From Lama guanicoe (taxonomy: Eukaryota), in the NCBI GenBank assembly GCA_013239625.1, contig MU056000.1, positions 14,722,851-14,786,850 of the forward strand: 64,000 nt of DNA, written 5' to 3'. The translations under genes were made by a program, and so were the position numbers. Positions 1-12,813 of the stretch are shown here, one piece after another. Position 1 is the first letter of the stretch, and the number at the start of each line of letters is the position of its first letter. Below the pieces are notes generated by a model, which had not been told where the DNA came from, ran no database searches, and worked only from the letters and a program-made list of their open reading frames with translations.

Positions 1-49
1 TTATTTTTTTCCCTTACATTAGTTATGTCTTTTGTTCTGTATTTTTTTA

Positions 50-1110
50 AAGGTATCCAAATCGAATGAGTGGCATTGGTTCAAGGATAGATCAACAACA
101 GAATGGAGAAATGATTCTCTAGGGAAAGAATAGTCTTTACAATAAATATTGCTAGGTCAATATTGGGAAACCCATATAAAAATGACACAGCACAGAACAA
201 TTCAGTTATGATGAATTATAAATATAGATGTTAAAGTTAAAATAATGGTTTCATATTAAAACATGCAAGAGTATTTTCATAATTTTGGGATATGCAAAGA
301 ATTCTAAAAATTTTACAACAACAAAAGAACTAATAAAACTTTAAAAAATTATGAATTGGACTTCATTAAAATTAAGAATTCCTCATCAAGTGATGATATT
401 AAGAATGTTAAAAGGAAAGCCACAGATTGAAAAACAAAGTCAAAACCCAGTAAGATACTAGTACACTTCACCAGAATGTCTATAGTTTAAAGTCTGACAA
501 CACTCAATGTTAGCCAGAATATTAAACAAACAGAATTTGTTACATGGCTTTGGAATGTAAATTGGCACAGGCATTTTGGAAAACATTTTGTCAGTGTCTT
601 CTAAAGTTAAGCATATTTATACTCTAGCAACCAGAAATTCTTCAAGCAAAAAGAGATGAGTGTTGATGTCTACCAAAATGTGCAGAAATGTTCATAGCAG
701 CATTATGTGTAAGGGCCAAAACTGGAAATAACTCAAAATGTCCATCAGCAAGTGAATGTATTGTGACAAATCTGTACAGTGGAATATGGTATAGCAATAA
801 AAAAGACAAACCACAACTACCCTTAACAACATAAATCACATAGGTAGAATGCTGAACAAATAAGCCATTTACAAAAGATTAGAGGACTAATCTATGCTAG
901 GAATCAGACTAGTGGTTATATTTGGACTGATATGGACTCCAGAGAGTCATAAAAGAGTCTTCTGAGATACTTGAAATGATTTATATCTTCTCCTGAGGGA
1001 AGAATATAAGGGGATACACATAGGTAAAATTCCAAGAAGCTATATAGAGGATATACAGGATTAAAGTTAGCCATTTACTTTTGTAACATACATCTCAATT
1101 GAAAAAAAAA
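50..1110 (+). mobile_element. Ancient L1 (L1MD/L1ME-type) ORF2 3' end and 3' UTR, decayed
   Basis: L1 landmarks: 'tggcattggttcaaggatag', 'ggacttcattaaaattaagaa', 'ggaatgtaaattggcacag..ttttggaaaac', 'aatgttcatagcagcattat', 'actggaaataactcaaaatgtccatca'. Ends 'catctcaattgaaaaaaaaa'. Confidence 0.85.
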
Positions 1111-1149
1111 ATTAAAAAACATGGAAAAACAAGAAACACATTTTGTTTT

Positions 1150-1800
1150 GTAGAGATTTTCTTAGAACTGTAATTACTTAATAAATTGAGAAATGATAGC
1201 TCTCTGATTTGTTCAAAGCTTTACCAAGTATTATTTACCACCATGATGTTTGAGATTCCAGTACAACATATTTGGATCAGCTTTTTACTATCACAATCCT
1301 AGTGATTTTTCACTGGGTGCGGGAATATCCCTCCTTTATTGTATTTTATATGTCTGTTGTTGTCTACAGTGAGAAATGAAATGTTTTATACATTAAATAC
1401 ATTATTTTGTTATTACTTATTTTCCTTATATTTCTCTTTTATAGTTCATGCATCATGTTAATTTTTGAAATTGGGCACAGATAAGTTATACTATCTATAA
1501 ATGTGATATTAGGATAGTTAAGGGGGCTTTTACTTTTTTTAAATTGAAGTACAGTCAGTTACAATGTATCAATTTGTGGTGCACAGCACAATGTTCCAGT
1601 CATGTATATACATACATATATTCACTTCTGTATTCTTTTTCATTAAAGGTTATTACAAGATATTGAATATGGTTCCCTGTGTTATACAGAAGAAACTTTT
1701 TTTTAATCTATTTTCATATATAGTGGCTAACATTTGCAAATCTCAAAATCTTGAGGGGGCTTTTTCAATGTTTTCTACAAGAAAAGGTAGTAGTGTAGGG
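1150..1800. mobile_element. Probable hAT-Charlie DNA transposon remnant, interrupted by an L1 insertion
   Basis: 'ttatactatctataaat..aggatagttaagggggc' resembles the subterminal sequence of Charlie elements. Recalled similarity only. Confidence 0.4.
1532..1753 (-). mobile_element. 5'-truncated lineage-specific (camelid-type) L1 3' end with 11-bp TSD
   Basis: Poly-T, then 'aaattgaagtacagtcagttacaatg...aggttattacaagatattgaatatggttccctgtgttatacag'. TSD agggggctttt at 1521-1531 and 1754-1764. Confidence 0.9.
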
Positions 1801-1944
1801 TAGAATAGGGATGACAGCCCACTGAGGAGTCCCTGGATAGAGTAGATAATAAATGTCCAGTATAAACATAAATTTATATATATACATTAATTTTATATAT
1901 AATATATATATTTATATATATAATCAATTGCTCAATCCCAGGTA

Positions 1945-2180
1945 ATTCAAATAATCACAGATGTTACTGAGTGCTTTGAAATAAACTGGTCAGTATCAGA
2001 GAGGCCACTTAGACAAGATGCTCAGAGAAGGCCTCTCTAAAGATGTGGCATTTGAGATAAGATACAATGTTTGAGAATGAGTGTGCCATGTAGAGCAATA
2101 GAGCAGAGTGAATTCAGCAGCCAATGGGCCAGAAAGAATTGGTATTTTTCTAGTAACAGCAAGAAGACAGTGGGATGGCC
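1945..2180 (-). mobile_element. L2 fragment
   Basis: 'ctcagagaaggcctctctaaagatgtggcatttgagataaga...gtaacagcaagaagacagtg' is typical antisense L2. Confidence 0.75.
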
Positions 2181-3329
2181 AGCTGCTCGGGGCAGTCATG
2201 GCTAATCTAATGGTATAGCTACCTCTTCAGCAGCTGCTCCTAGAGCTAAGCAAACTGCCCTCTCAAGGGTGCTCTGGCAACTGACATCACGGTCATCAGC
2301 TCTCCCAGTGATCTACCCACGTTCTGTGGTGTCTCGCTCCTATTCTACCCCCGATTGACCTCAATCATCAATTTTACTTAAAGGATTTCTCTGCATCTTT
2401 GAGGAACACCTTTCCTTGTCTTCCACCTCTAGTGGCCTTATTAAGCTCTTCTGCCATTTCCACGAGGAGAGTACTTGGAATAAATTTTTCCCATCTGGTT
2501 GTGAGCAACCATGCTAGGAAAATAACTTTTTGAAAAAATATGACCTTTTGTACAACCTAGCTAGAAATGAGTTTTATATCATTACACATGGCATGAATTT
2601 TTTTTTTTAAAGAGGATTTGTTGAGGAAATAAACATAAGTCCAGGGTCAAGAAATGAAGGGATATCATGATTCCCCCACCATTCCTTATAGGCAAAGTGG
2701 CTGATGGAGTCCAGGGAACTCTGTTCTGGGAAGGAATCCCTCCCATTTTTCACTCTTCTTATTTTATTATGAGAAGCATCTTTTAATAAACAAATAGACT
2801 GCCTATGGGCAGGACTACCTAGATTTGGGACACTGTTTATATCAAGTGTGTGTGAATCACATCTGCCCATCATCTAGAGCCATAGGGGCCAGTGAGAGGT
2901 TCAGAACCCTTTCTGCCTGTTAGAGGGAAATATCCATTGGTTCCCAGAAATCTGAGTTTGGATGCAGCCCCTCTTGTAGATAGAGAGGGAAAGTATTCTC
3001 CCCTCCCCTACTCTCATTGTCTCCATCCTCCCATTTGCTTTATTTTCTAACAATGTAGAAGGGGATCCCTGGGGTCAACTCCAGACCATCTCCCTGTTGT
3101 ATCACAAAGAGGACTACATGTAAAGAAAGACATACTGAGGTTTCCTCTGAAACCCACTAACATTTCATATCCTTCCCTCAAGCAGAAGCGTTTTTCCCCA
3201 GAACAATGCACGTAGTACAAGGCTACACATGCAGTTCTTGAAACACAGAAAACTTTCATATATAACGTAAATTTTAAAACATTGGATATTTAGAAATTGT
3301 GCTGACTTTGAGATATTGCTTATCTCTGA

Positions 3330-3520
3330 GAGAGAGGGACAGTAAAGGAACACAAAGGGACTTTCACTGGACTCATCCTGATTCACTGTTACAAATAAAG
3401 AAATGAAGCGAGCCTGATAGAACATTACCATTTGTTAAACTATGGCAGTGAGTGCTTGTGATATTATTCTAAGAATGTATTTTTCAATATGTTTAAAATA
3501 TTGCCATATACTAAAAAGAG
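3330..3520 (+). mobile_element. Old L1 (L1ME-type) 3' end
   Basis: 'aacattaccatttgttaaactatggcagtgagtgcttgtgatattattct...tatgtttaaaatatt' followed by an A-rich end. Confidence 0.55.
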
Positions 3521-4229
3521 CTAAGTGATGTAAGTTCAAGAGTTCCTGAATGGCATCAAAATATTAAAATATATTGTAATCATACATGGGCCACTTTTAC
3601 TCATTTTCAATACCTTCCTCAGATGAAATAAATATGTCAGAAAATGCTGGAAGAATATGTAAACCATAATTTTAATCTTTCTAATCTTCGGTAAGCATTT
3701 GTGCCCAAATTACATTAAGTCCATTTCAGTGTCTTTTTGTTTCACCTCGCTACATGATAAAACTCCTGCTACACAATTAAAACAGAACAAACAAACAAAA
3801 AATATTTCAGGGAAAAGTCTCAGAAATTTGGAGGAATTAAGTAAGAGTACAGATTCATTCTCTAAACTAAATGTTATTTGGCAAAGATAAGAAATCTATT
3901 TTGACAAAAAAAATGTGTAGAGAGGATATGAAAGATTCAATTTTTGGTGTGAATATATAATTTTTAAAAACATATACCCATATATTGCTTTTAGCAGGTA
4001 AAAATTTACTTCTGTTGATCTAAATCAATGTGTCACCTTTCATTTAGAGAAAGGAAAAATATGCCTAACAATGTTATAGGTAATGCTGAAGTTCTGATCA
4101 TGAGCTGCCTTAAACTATTATACAGAAAATATTCTTGAATCTCATTAAAATGCTGTCTTATAGCATTGTATGGTTAATTCGTTTATGTATAGTAAATTTG
4201 TTTCTTTGAATATTAAAACTAGCAGATCT

Positions 4230-4495
4230 TCTTTGAGCAACAATCTAAGGGCTGGGGATAAAATAGTGAAACAAGAAACAAAGAAACAAACATCCTGTCT
4301 ATCCTCAAGGATCTTACAGTCCATGAGGAAGAAATACATAATGAAATGTAATAAACAAATAAATAAAGCTATGTTATATGGTAATAAAAACTAATGATTA
4401 AAATAAATATGAACAATAAAATAGAGAACACTGGGTTGGGGTGGGGGTTTCAATGTAAAAGAAGTTGGTCAAAGAGAGCCTTGGTTAGTGACCTG
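4230..4495 (-). mobile_element. L2a 3' fragment
   Basis: 'ctaagggctggggataaaatagtgaaacaaga...atcctcaaggatcttacagtcca...ggtcaaagagagcc'. Confidence 0.75.
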
Positions 4496-4619
4496 ATAAC
4501 CACCTCGAAAACCTTACAGTTCCTTCCTCTTAATCTCATCCAGAGGAGCACACAGTGCATACCAACTTTCCATATCACTCCAAGCATATTTAGATAAATA
4601 GATAGATAGACATCAGGCT

Positions 4620-5790
4620 ACCCATTAATAAAAATAGAAATATAGTTGTTCTAGAAAATGGAAAAGAGCATTGAGAAGAGGCATAGAGACAAACAGATTA
4701 TATTTATATTATATATATTTAAAGACTGTTATAGGGAGGTGTCATTATTCGTATAATAGACCCCAGAGGAAAGAAAAATAAACAGTAGTAAAATAATGAC
4801 TGGACATCTCACAGAAATTAAGAATATAGCATCACACTAAAATGACTGATAGGCAGTTAAATAGCACATTAAAGAAAAAGAATGCATAAATCTAGGCATA
4901 TTGCAGAAAAATGTAGAAATATGGATGACAAAATACATTTTAAAAGCATCCAAGGAGAAGAATTGATAATGCACAAAAGAACAAAGCTGGTTGTTAATCC
5001 AATATTATAGTAATAAGGCTGTATGCAGGAAGTCAGCTGATAGGTTCAAATCGTTGAACAAGAGAACTTTATGAACAGAATATGCCTTTTAAACACAGGG
5101 GTGTATTAAAAATAAACACACACATGCAGATCATCAGAAGATGCTCTGCCAAGATCTACCTTGAGCGGAGTTAGGATTCTAGTGCTGAAACATTGTATTA
5201 TCATGTTCCAGAATGTCTACTGTCATTCTGTGGGGATGATGAGGTTTTTCTCTTTATAAGCATAATGTTAATGGATTCTTATTATTGAACTACATTTGCA
5301 GTTTTAGAATATGATCTACATATTGTATAAGGATTTATAAGCAACAACATCAACTGCCAAAGAATGACACCAGTGAAAAAACACACTCATAGCCGTCCTG
5401 AACAAAACTCATGTGACGGAATTATGGTGCAGTTGGTACAAGAGAACAAAGGAGTGTGATTAGGAACTAAGCATTGTGTATTTTGAAATTAATAAATGAA
5501 ATAATAATAATAATAATAAATTATAACTTTCAAATTAGCACTAACAAAATGTAATTTCAGAAAGGAGGCAGCAATGCATTTCAAAGAAGAAATAAGATAC
5601 AGCCTTTATTCATCTTTCTTTATGTAATAACATTCAAATTCAGTTAAAAACACAGCAAATACACACACACATAACACACACCCCACCCATTTTCAGGAGA
5701 AAACATAAGCTAAAATATCTATAAGCAACTTTAACAGAATTAAATAATTAGAGCTATAACTATGTATCAGATTTGTTAGAACAGCTATAC
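4620..5790 (+). mobile_element. HAL1 / ancient L1 ORF1-like remnant
   Basis: A-rich decayed ORF1 motifs such as 'tctaggcatattgcagaaaaatgtagaa..ttttaaaagcatccaaggagaag'. Confidence 0.55.
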
Positions 5791-5899
5791 CATCTGATGA
5801 AAATAAATCAAGAGAATTCGAAAACAAATGAACTCTTTTATTTAAACTCTGAATGCATTTAGTTATAGCCACTTTCTTCTTCTTCTCCTTTGAGAAAGG

Positions 5900-7390
5900 T
5901 CTATAAAATAAAACTATATTAACTGACAAGGACAAGATACATAGGAAGAGGATACAGCAGAAAACAAGTGACAGCAACAAAGTTTTAGAAGCTGGAAAGA
6001 AGATAAATGAGGGTTAAATGATTCGGCAGGGCAGAGATAACTCATTTTGTATTTCTGTTTGTGTAAAATCATCAAATCTTCCAAAGGCTCAGGAACTAAA
6101 GGTATAATATGTGCCTGGAGGCAAGACTCTCTGGGGGGCGACAACAGGTGATTTTGCTGAAAATTTATCTATGGAGCCCCTAGACATTGGAATCTTCAGT
6201 CCTACAGTGAACAGCCAGCCAGATAGCTGCACCTCTGCTGTGGAAACATGGGAAGCTAAAAGTCAGAAAAAGTGGTTCAGACACTGTGTGAATTCAGAGA
6301 TAGGAGGCACATTGAACGTGTTTTAGATACTCAACTGAAAGCAAGAAGATTAATTAGAATTGTAAATCTCTGTTCACTAAGCCACTAATATCAGCAGCCA
6401 GACTTGCACAACACAGGTGGGAGATAAGAAGTTTTCTCTCTGGGGAAGCTGAACAACCTCTTGTTAAGTAGGATAATGGCCTCCTCAGAATGCCCTGGCC
6501 CTAATCCCTGGGACCTGGTAACATGTTATATACCACATGCAAAAGTGGATTTGGCAAATTCAATTAAGGTATGGACCTTAAAACAAAACAAAACAAAAAA
6601 AAAGGAGATTGTTATGGATGGGCACAATCTAATCATGCGATTCCTCAAAAACATAGAACATTCTTGGCAGAAGCAAGAGAGATGAAGCAGAAGGTGAAAT
6701 CAAAGAGATTTAAAAACAATTAAATTAGATTCAACCATGTGATTAGAAGTGATCGAATGAAAGCCAGGTACCAGGGATATCATCTTATGGGGAGGTCCAC
6801 TATTGGACAGGTTCCATCTGAAACATTAAACTTCAGATCAATTATTTTGTGTTTCTCTCTTGATTACTAATGGACAGCCAAACAAAACCAAACATTTGAA
6901 GAAATTCTCTAAATAAAAGTCAAAGACTAAAACTAACAGAAGCAAAATAACTTACTGAGTGACCCCAGAGAAGCTTTGACTAGAAAGGAGAAAAAGAAAC
7001 AAACTACAAATAACATTTTCACAATGATGTAAGATGGCATTTCATCTCAGCAACAAGGTAGAGATGCCAGAAGATAGAAATACTCAGATGAAAACAAAGT
7101 AGTTGGAAATTTAAAATATTGTAGACACTGAAAATAGATGAACACATTATATTATAAAAGATAATAAGGAAGTGTGAATTTAAAAAAAAGAATAAAGATG
7201 CAGCATAGAAATTCATCAGGGAAGATACATAAACAAATTTTCAAAAATGATGAAAATAATCACTAGATTGATAGGGCTCACTACAAATATCACACAATCA
7301 GTGATAACCAACTCACACCGAATCCTGGACTTTTTAAATGGTGGAGATAAATCGAATTCCAAAAACCCTCCATGGTGGGGAGATGAAAAC
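5900..7390 (+). mobile_element. Ancient L1/HAL1 5' UTR and ORF1 remnant, interrupted by an MLT1 LTR
   Basis: 'gacagcaacaaagttttagaagctggaaagaagataaatg' (old L1 5' end motif), 'ttctctctggggaagctgaa', then A-rich ORF1-like sequence. Confidence 0.55.
6462..6745 (+). mobile_element. MaLR LTR 5' part (MLT1E-like)
   Basis: 'taggataatggcctcc..ccctaatccctgggacc..gatttggcaaattcaattaagg..ggatgggcacaatctaatcatg'. Confidence 0.8.
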
Positions 7391-7397
7391 AGGACCG

Positions 7398-7746
7398 TGC
7401 GGTAGGCAAACTTCTAAGACAGCCCCCGTGCTCTCCATTCCCTGGTATCACACTTATGCTTGGGTTTCATTATACAGCAGACATGATAAATGCCAAGCCT
7501 TTGACTGGGCTATATTCCCAAATCAATCTGCTTTGTTAATCATGAGAATGGGTTTCCAAGTGTGCTCTTCCCCACTCGGCGTTTTAGCTTAGAGAGCAGC
7601 CAGATCAACATGGTGATTGCTTCCCTGTGACACCCTGAGCCAAGGACAAGCTAGGCCAGCCTGGACTCCTGACACCAAAACCAAAAATAGTCAGTGTATT
7701 TTGTTTTAAGTCAAGTTTGCAGTAATACTCAGCTCAAACTAATGCA
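7398..7746 (+). mobile_element. MaLR LTR (MLT1F/G-like), internally deleted
   Basis: Starts 'tgcggtaggcaaacttctaagacagcccc'. Ends 'ctggactcctgac..ttgttttaag..aaactaatgca'. Confidence 0.7.
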
Positions 7747-8138
7747 ATCATGAATGAGAATAGCACTGGGTACCTTAACATAAACATCTGAAGGTACAAT
7801 AAAATGGGAAAAATAAAATTTCAATTTTCATGTTTCTATAGGTGTTTCAAGATTCCACGCATGGCAACTGAGGTCTATATTAGGGAATAAAAAGTGTAGG
7901 GTATTTTTAAGTAGTGGAATGTCATGAGGCTAAACTACGCAGAAGTGTCTGCATGAAAACTCGTATCATATCATAGATAATTCTACACTCTGCCATCTAA
8001 ATATTTAGTGGAATGAGGCTACAGAGATGAAGTTGAGGTACAACTAGCCAGTGTGACACTAGGGCTGCCCTACCAATGGGAGGCAGCATCAAGATAATTT
8101 AGAAAACAGTACTAGGCTTGGTGAGAGAAAACACGTTT

Positions 8139-8181
8139 AAGAATAAATGTTTCAAAAAAAAAAAAAGAATAAATGTTTCAA
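8139..8181 (+). mobile_element. Poly(A)-only retro-insertion with perfect 17-bp TSD
   Basis: aagaataaatgtttcaa at 8139-8155 and 8165-8181, separated only by A9. The upstream junction ttt|aaga fits the L1 endonuclease preference. Confidence 0.75.
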
Positions 8182-8364
8182 CCCAAAATCAGGTCTTAGA
8201 AGTTATCGGTGGTGATGGTATGTTAGGAAAGGCCATGTATGTCTCTAAGAATGAGTACTGTGGAAAATTCTGGTGCTCATAATTTTTTGGTTCTATTGTT
8301 GTTGCACAAATCTAAGAGGATTAAACTTTTCTGCTTCCACTGCTAACATTAAGGATTGCTAAAT

Positions 8365-8670
8365 TCCAGCCAAGAGATTGTGAGCAGAAGTGACCTACGT
8401 CAGATCTGGGCTGAAGCATTTCAGGGAGACCCTCCTGCTCTCCTTCTCCCCCCACGTTAACTGGAGAAGCCGTGTGCTCCATAATGTGCAGCTGCAGGAG
8501 AGTAGACCTTCATTAGCCTGGACAACTGAGTTATCATGTGGAAGACTTTGGACCTAGAAGGTTATCGGGAACTTCAGAGCTTTTTATGGGCAAGAAATAA
8601 ACTTGTAGTGTGTTAAGCCATTGTCACTCTGAGCTTGTTTGTACTACGATAATTCTAATCTGGAAGATCA
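8365..8670 (+). mobile_element. MaLR LTR (MLT1J-like)
   Basis: 'tgtgagcagaagtgac..ctgggctgaagcattt..gcaagaaataaacttgtagtgtgttaagccattg'. Confidence 0.75.
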
Positions 8671-8809
8671 TAGAGAGTTTCAGACACTTTCCTCAAGATG
8701 AGTGTAGGAGAGATTTAAATGTAAAATTGGTATGAAGCTGGTGGGTTAAAATAAGTAAGGCAAGCCTATGAACTCAGAATGGCAGAGGAATAGTGGATTA
8801 ATTCAGTTT

Positions 8810-9317
8810 TGTGCCCAACAAAACTGCTTTCTAATATGTCAGGTCTTCACCCCACAGAATTTGTGAATATGATGCATTACATAGGAAAGAGGATCAAGGT
8901 GACCGATGCAATCAGGTGACTAATTTGCTGATTTTAAAATAGAGGTTTTACCCTGGATTCTCTCGGTGGGATCAATGTCATCACAGGATCCTTAATAGTA
9001 AGAAAGAGGTAGGAGAGAAAGTAAGAGTAACCTGATGTGAGCATAACTCCACCTGCCATTGCCGGCTTTGAAAACAGAGGAAGGGGCCATGAGCTAAGGA
9101 ATGCAGGTGGCCTCTACAGCTGAAAAAGACATTGGAAATGGATTCTATTCTAGAATTGCTCTAAGGGAATTCAGACTAATTGACATCTTCCTTTTAGACC
9201 AGTGATATCCCTGTTGGACTTGTAACCTACAGAACTGTAGAATTATAAATTAGTGGGATTTTTTTTAAGACACTAAATTTGTGGTATTTATTATGGCAGC
9301 AACAGGAAATAAATTCA
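8810..9317 (+). mobile_element. MaLR LTR MLT1D-like
   Basis: 'gccggctttgaaaacagaggaaggggccatgagctaaggaatgcaggtggcctct..acctacagaactgta..taaatttgtggtatttattatggcagcaacaggaaa'. Confidence 0.9.
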
Positions 9318-9319
9318 GG

Positions 9320-9580
9320 CAGTGATGTAACAAGCTCTGCAGGCTGACGGAGGGAACACTGGCGGTGCTACCACATGCCCCTGGGATAGGCCGCTAGGAA
9401 CCAAGGGTGACACCGCATCTGACAGCCAGCAAGAAAAGGGACACTTCAGTCTTGCAACCACAAAGAACTGCAATTGGCCAACGACCTGATTAAACACGGA
9501 AGCTGATTCTTCCCAAAAGCCTCTAGAAAGGGATGAGGCCCTGCCAACACCTAGGTTTCAGTCTCGTAAAACCTAGACTT
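9320..9580 (+). mobile_element. MaLR LTR fragment (MLT1E-like)
   Basis: 'ctgacagccagcaagaaaagggacacttcagtcttgcaaccacaaagaactg..ggaagctgattcttcccaaaagcctctaga'. Confidence 0.8.
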
Positions 9581-9619
9581 TAAACACTTCTTATACTTAA
9601 AACACTTCTTGTACTGCCC

Positions 9620-9822
9620 CACTTTTTCCTTTGTTCAAAGAACTTATTTTTAGGTAATTATTTATCTCTAGTGTTTTTTGCCAATCTTCTCCAACTTGGA
9701 TGTAAGTTCCATAAGGGAAGTGATCGTCTCAATCATAATTACTAACATATTTTGATTATCTGAAATAGTTGGCTGTGATGAGTATGCACTTATGTATTGA
9801 GTGAATGAATGAATGAATGAAT
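9620..9822 (+). mobile_element. L2 3' end with (GAAT)n tail
   Basis: 'ggatgtaagttccataaggg' and terminal 'tattgagtgaatgaatgaatgaatgaatg'. Confidence 0.75.
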
Positions 9823-12290
9823 GTGTGACTTAGGGGTGAAGCACTAACATTGTCTAACGGATGTACTTTATTTATGGGTGGGGCTTGCTCCTTTGACGAC
9901 TTTATACTGATTGGGGGAGAGGACCCAAACATCAACAGTATCATGATACAAGCTGGGGTTGGAATGTGGCTACTTACAAATGTCCCATTGGTTCTTTGAT
10001 ATCAACTAACGTCTTCCTCAGTAACTATCATTCTCACTAACCACTTTTTTCAGGTCTTGGTGTCGGCATGTGCACCGAGTGTTCTCGACACAGATTTGTA
10101 TGTTGCACATTTCGCTCCTGTTTATGACCCTGCTTGACTCCTCGGCATTGTCAGCCTCTCCAGGCATGGGTGACACCATCATCCTTCTCTCTTGCTTCAG
10201 CCTCTGCACATTCTGAATGCAGAGCAGAGGTGTCTGCTGAGTTTGTTACCACGTTGCTGTTTTCTGCCTTTATGTCTCCAGACATTCCTTCTTCTTTCCC
10301 TCTTTATCTGTGAATCTGTATCTTTTACACATATTTACTTTCATAAAGTCTCAAGGGGGATAAAAAATATATCTGGGAATTCAGTGTACCTGCCTAATTT
10401 TAATCTGGCTATTATTGTATTTTCATTATTACTTTTTATCTCTAGGAAGTCCAGTGTATCTGAAAGCTAGATGTCATTGTTGTTATTCTATTTCTTATTT
10501 ATAATATCTTGCCTGTCCAAAATTTAATAATGTATTTTATTTATGGAAGCTTCTTACTTCCAACTTCATCAAAACTCAGATTAAATGACATACTCACTTG
10601 TAGAAACATTAGTTTAAAAATGTTTTCTTAAAATAGATCTTCATTAAAAGGCACCTGAAACTAAATACGCCCAGTTAAAGACAAACACCAACACCTTTTA
10701 GAGCCAATGATATCTTTCTAAGTAAAATGATAAAATTAAGTAAGAACTGATTAATTAATTTTACTCACTTTAATGTATTGATGGATATTTTTTATTTTCA
10801 TTAGATAAAAACTGAAATCGGAGTACAGATTGTTTTTGAAAGAAGGTAGACAACACAATAAACTGGGACTATGTAGACAGTCTATGATAATGTTTGTAAA
10901 GTAAGAAACTTCTGAGGAAGCCAGTAAAAGTTATTATTTAAAAGTATTCTGTACACTTCTTGTTTAAAAAAAAAAAAACTCCCTAAGAACACAAACTTTC
11001 AAAATGACTTTGACAATTTTTTAAATGACTTGAAATAAATAAGACGCTATTTCCTTCTTTCTAGTACTGTTTCTAATCCCTCCGAAACGACTGGTTCAAA
11101 GGCTCACAGAAGGAATGATATAGAAGCATCAGCCTATAATTATAATCTCTCTCACTTTTCAGTAAGTTGGTATTTCAAGATGCCAGTTCCTCATTATTGC
11201 GTGTTCTTTTAGTTTCATTATCACAAGCCTTGATTTGTTTATGATGCTAATCCTTTACTTTCAACAGCAATGATTTTAATTTTAGGAACAGCGGTTTTGG
11301 TAGAATCTAAGAAGAAAATAGTCAAAATTAAATAAGTTAGAAGCAGGATCTATTTATTTTGACTGAATTAATGTATCTCCTCAGTGTATTTGGTGATATG
11401 ACTATTTAGAAGCCAGCGGCTCTCTGCTTCAGTTCCCCTTGACTTGCAACGATGATTTATGTGTATGCTAACACTAATTCATGTCCCAAAGTGACAGCCT
11501 GAAAGACTGCAAATGTGGCCCAGGTGGTTGGTTATCAGAAAAGTTATTGAAATACATGAAGTTAGGTATTCAGTGGGTGGTACCAGCAGGTCAAATTCAA
11601 TTTATCACACCTGATAAAAATATCCTTGGCTAGACCTAGTTACATTTGTAACATCCTCAAATGAATTGGAAGTTAAAGTAAAAAAAACAAATTGAAGGAC
11701 GTATTTCTCTGTTTTTGACCTTGCTATCTGCTCTCCTAGTTGTCATTTGGTGGGTCCACTGCTATCTTCTTCATTTTGAGGGTTAAGTTTTGCATTGTGA
11801 ACATGTTTAAAACTTTTCTCAAATTTTTCCATTATTATCAATCATTTACCAATGTTGGGGTGAATGTGTGAAGATTTCAGAACTGAGTAATAAAGCGAAA
11901 AAATGTTTTATATAGTCAATAATTTCATTTCTATGAGAGAGTTTTATAGTTAAAATCCACTTTGGATTGTGGCTACATGTTTATTAAATCGTAAGAGGGG
12001 ATTGTGCCAACTTCTATATGATATTGTTTATGCCTCCTCGTGAGAGAACATGGTATCAAGAGACAGTCTGGGCTTAATGTTCAGAGGTTGAATTAATCAC
12101 AAATTGTTCCATCACTAGAAATTCTCAGAAATTATTCAACTCCTCTGCTCCTTCTTGCAATGATAATCTTAGCTTCATTCAAGGGTAACTGGTAACCATT
12201 TTCCAGCTCAGTGGCTGTGGACTGTGACAAAAATGTATCTTCTCAGGACCAGGATTTTCTGCTTGTGGCTGAAACATGTGATTGGGGCAG

Positions 12291-12813
12291 TATGGTAGGG
12301 AGAATTCCAGCATGACTCACAGGATTCCTGTCCTTGTTCTACAGGGCTCACCCTTGGGTGCACAATGCATCTAGAAATAGGAGATGAGTCACTCCCGTGA
12401 TTATGTTATGTTCCATAAGCTGTGGTCTTAGCTGACTGTAGGGAGTTTTTCCTGTTGGCTTTGTATAAATAAGCTGCTATATTCTAAGCCACGTGGCAAG
12501 GGACTGTGGGTGGCCTCCAGAAGCCAGAAGCATCCCCCTGGCAGACAGAGCAGGAAAATGGGGGCCTTGGTCCTATTTCCAGAGAGAACTGAATTCTGCC
12601 AACAAACAGCAGAAGCCTGGAAGATGTCCCCAAGCTTTAGAAAGAAAGATGACTCAATTGATATCTTGATTTTCATCTTGTGAGGCCTTGAATAGAGGAT
12701 TAGCTACAATGTGTTAGACTCCTGACCCACGACGGCAACTGTGAGACAATAAGGGTGTGCTTTTTAAAGCTGCCAAGTGTGGTCAGTTTACTCAACAATG
12801 GGAAACTAGTACA
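12291..12813 (+). mobile_element. MaLR LTR MLT1F-like
   Basis: 'agtcactcccgtgattatgttatg..gccacgtggcaagggactgtgggtggcctc..aactgaattctgccaacaa..actcctgacccac..aaactagtaca'. Confidence 0.88.

Noticed and set aside
2421..2438. CTCF site (minus strand ggccactagaggtggaa)
   Set aside because: Matches the first half of the motif but lacks the conserved GGC ending. Too weak without data.
2200..3200. Exon or pseudogene in a moderately GC-rich block
   Set aside because: No recognisable peptide or coherent splice signals. Probably an old LTR-class remnant that I cannot name.
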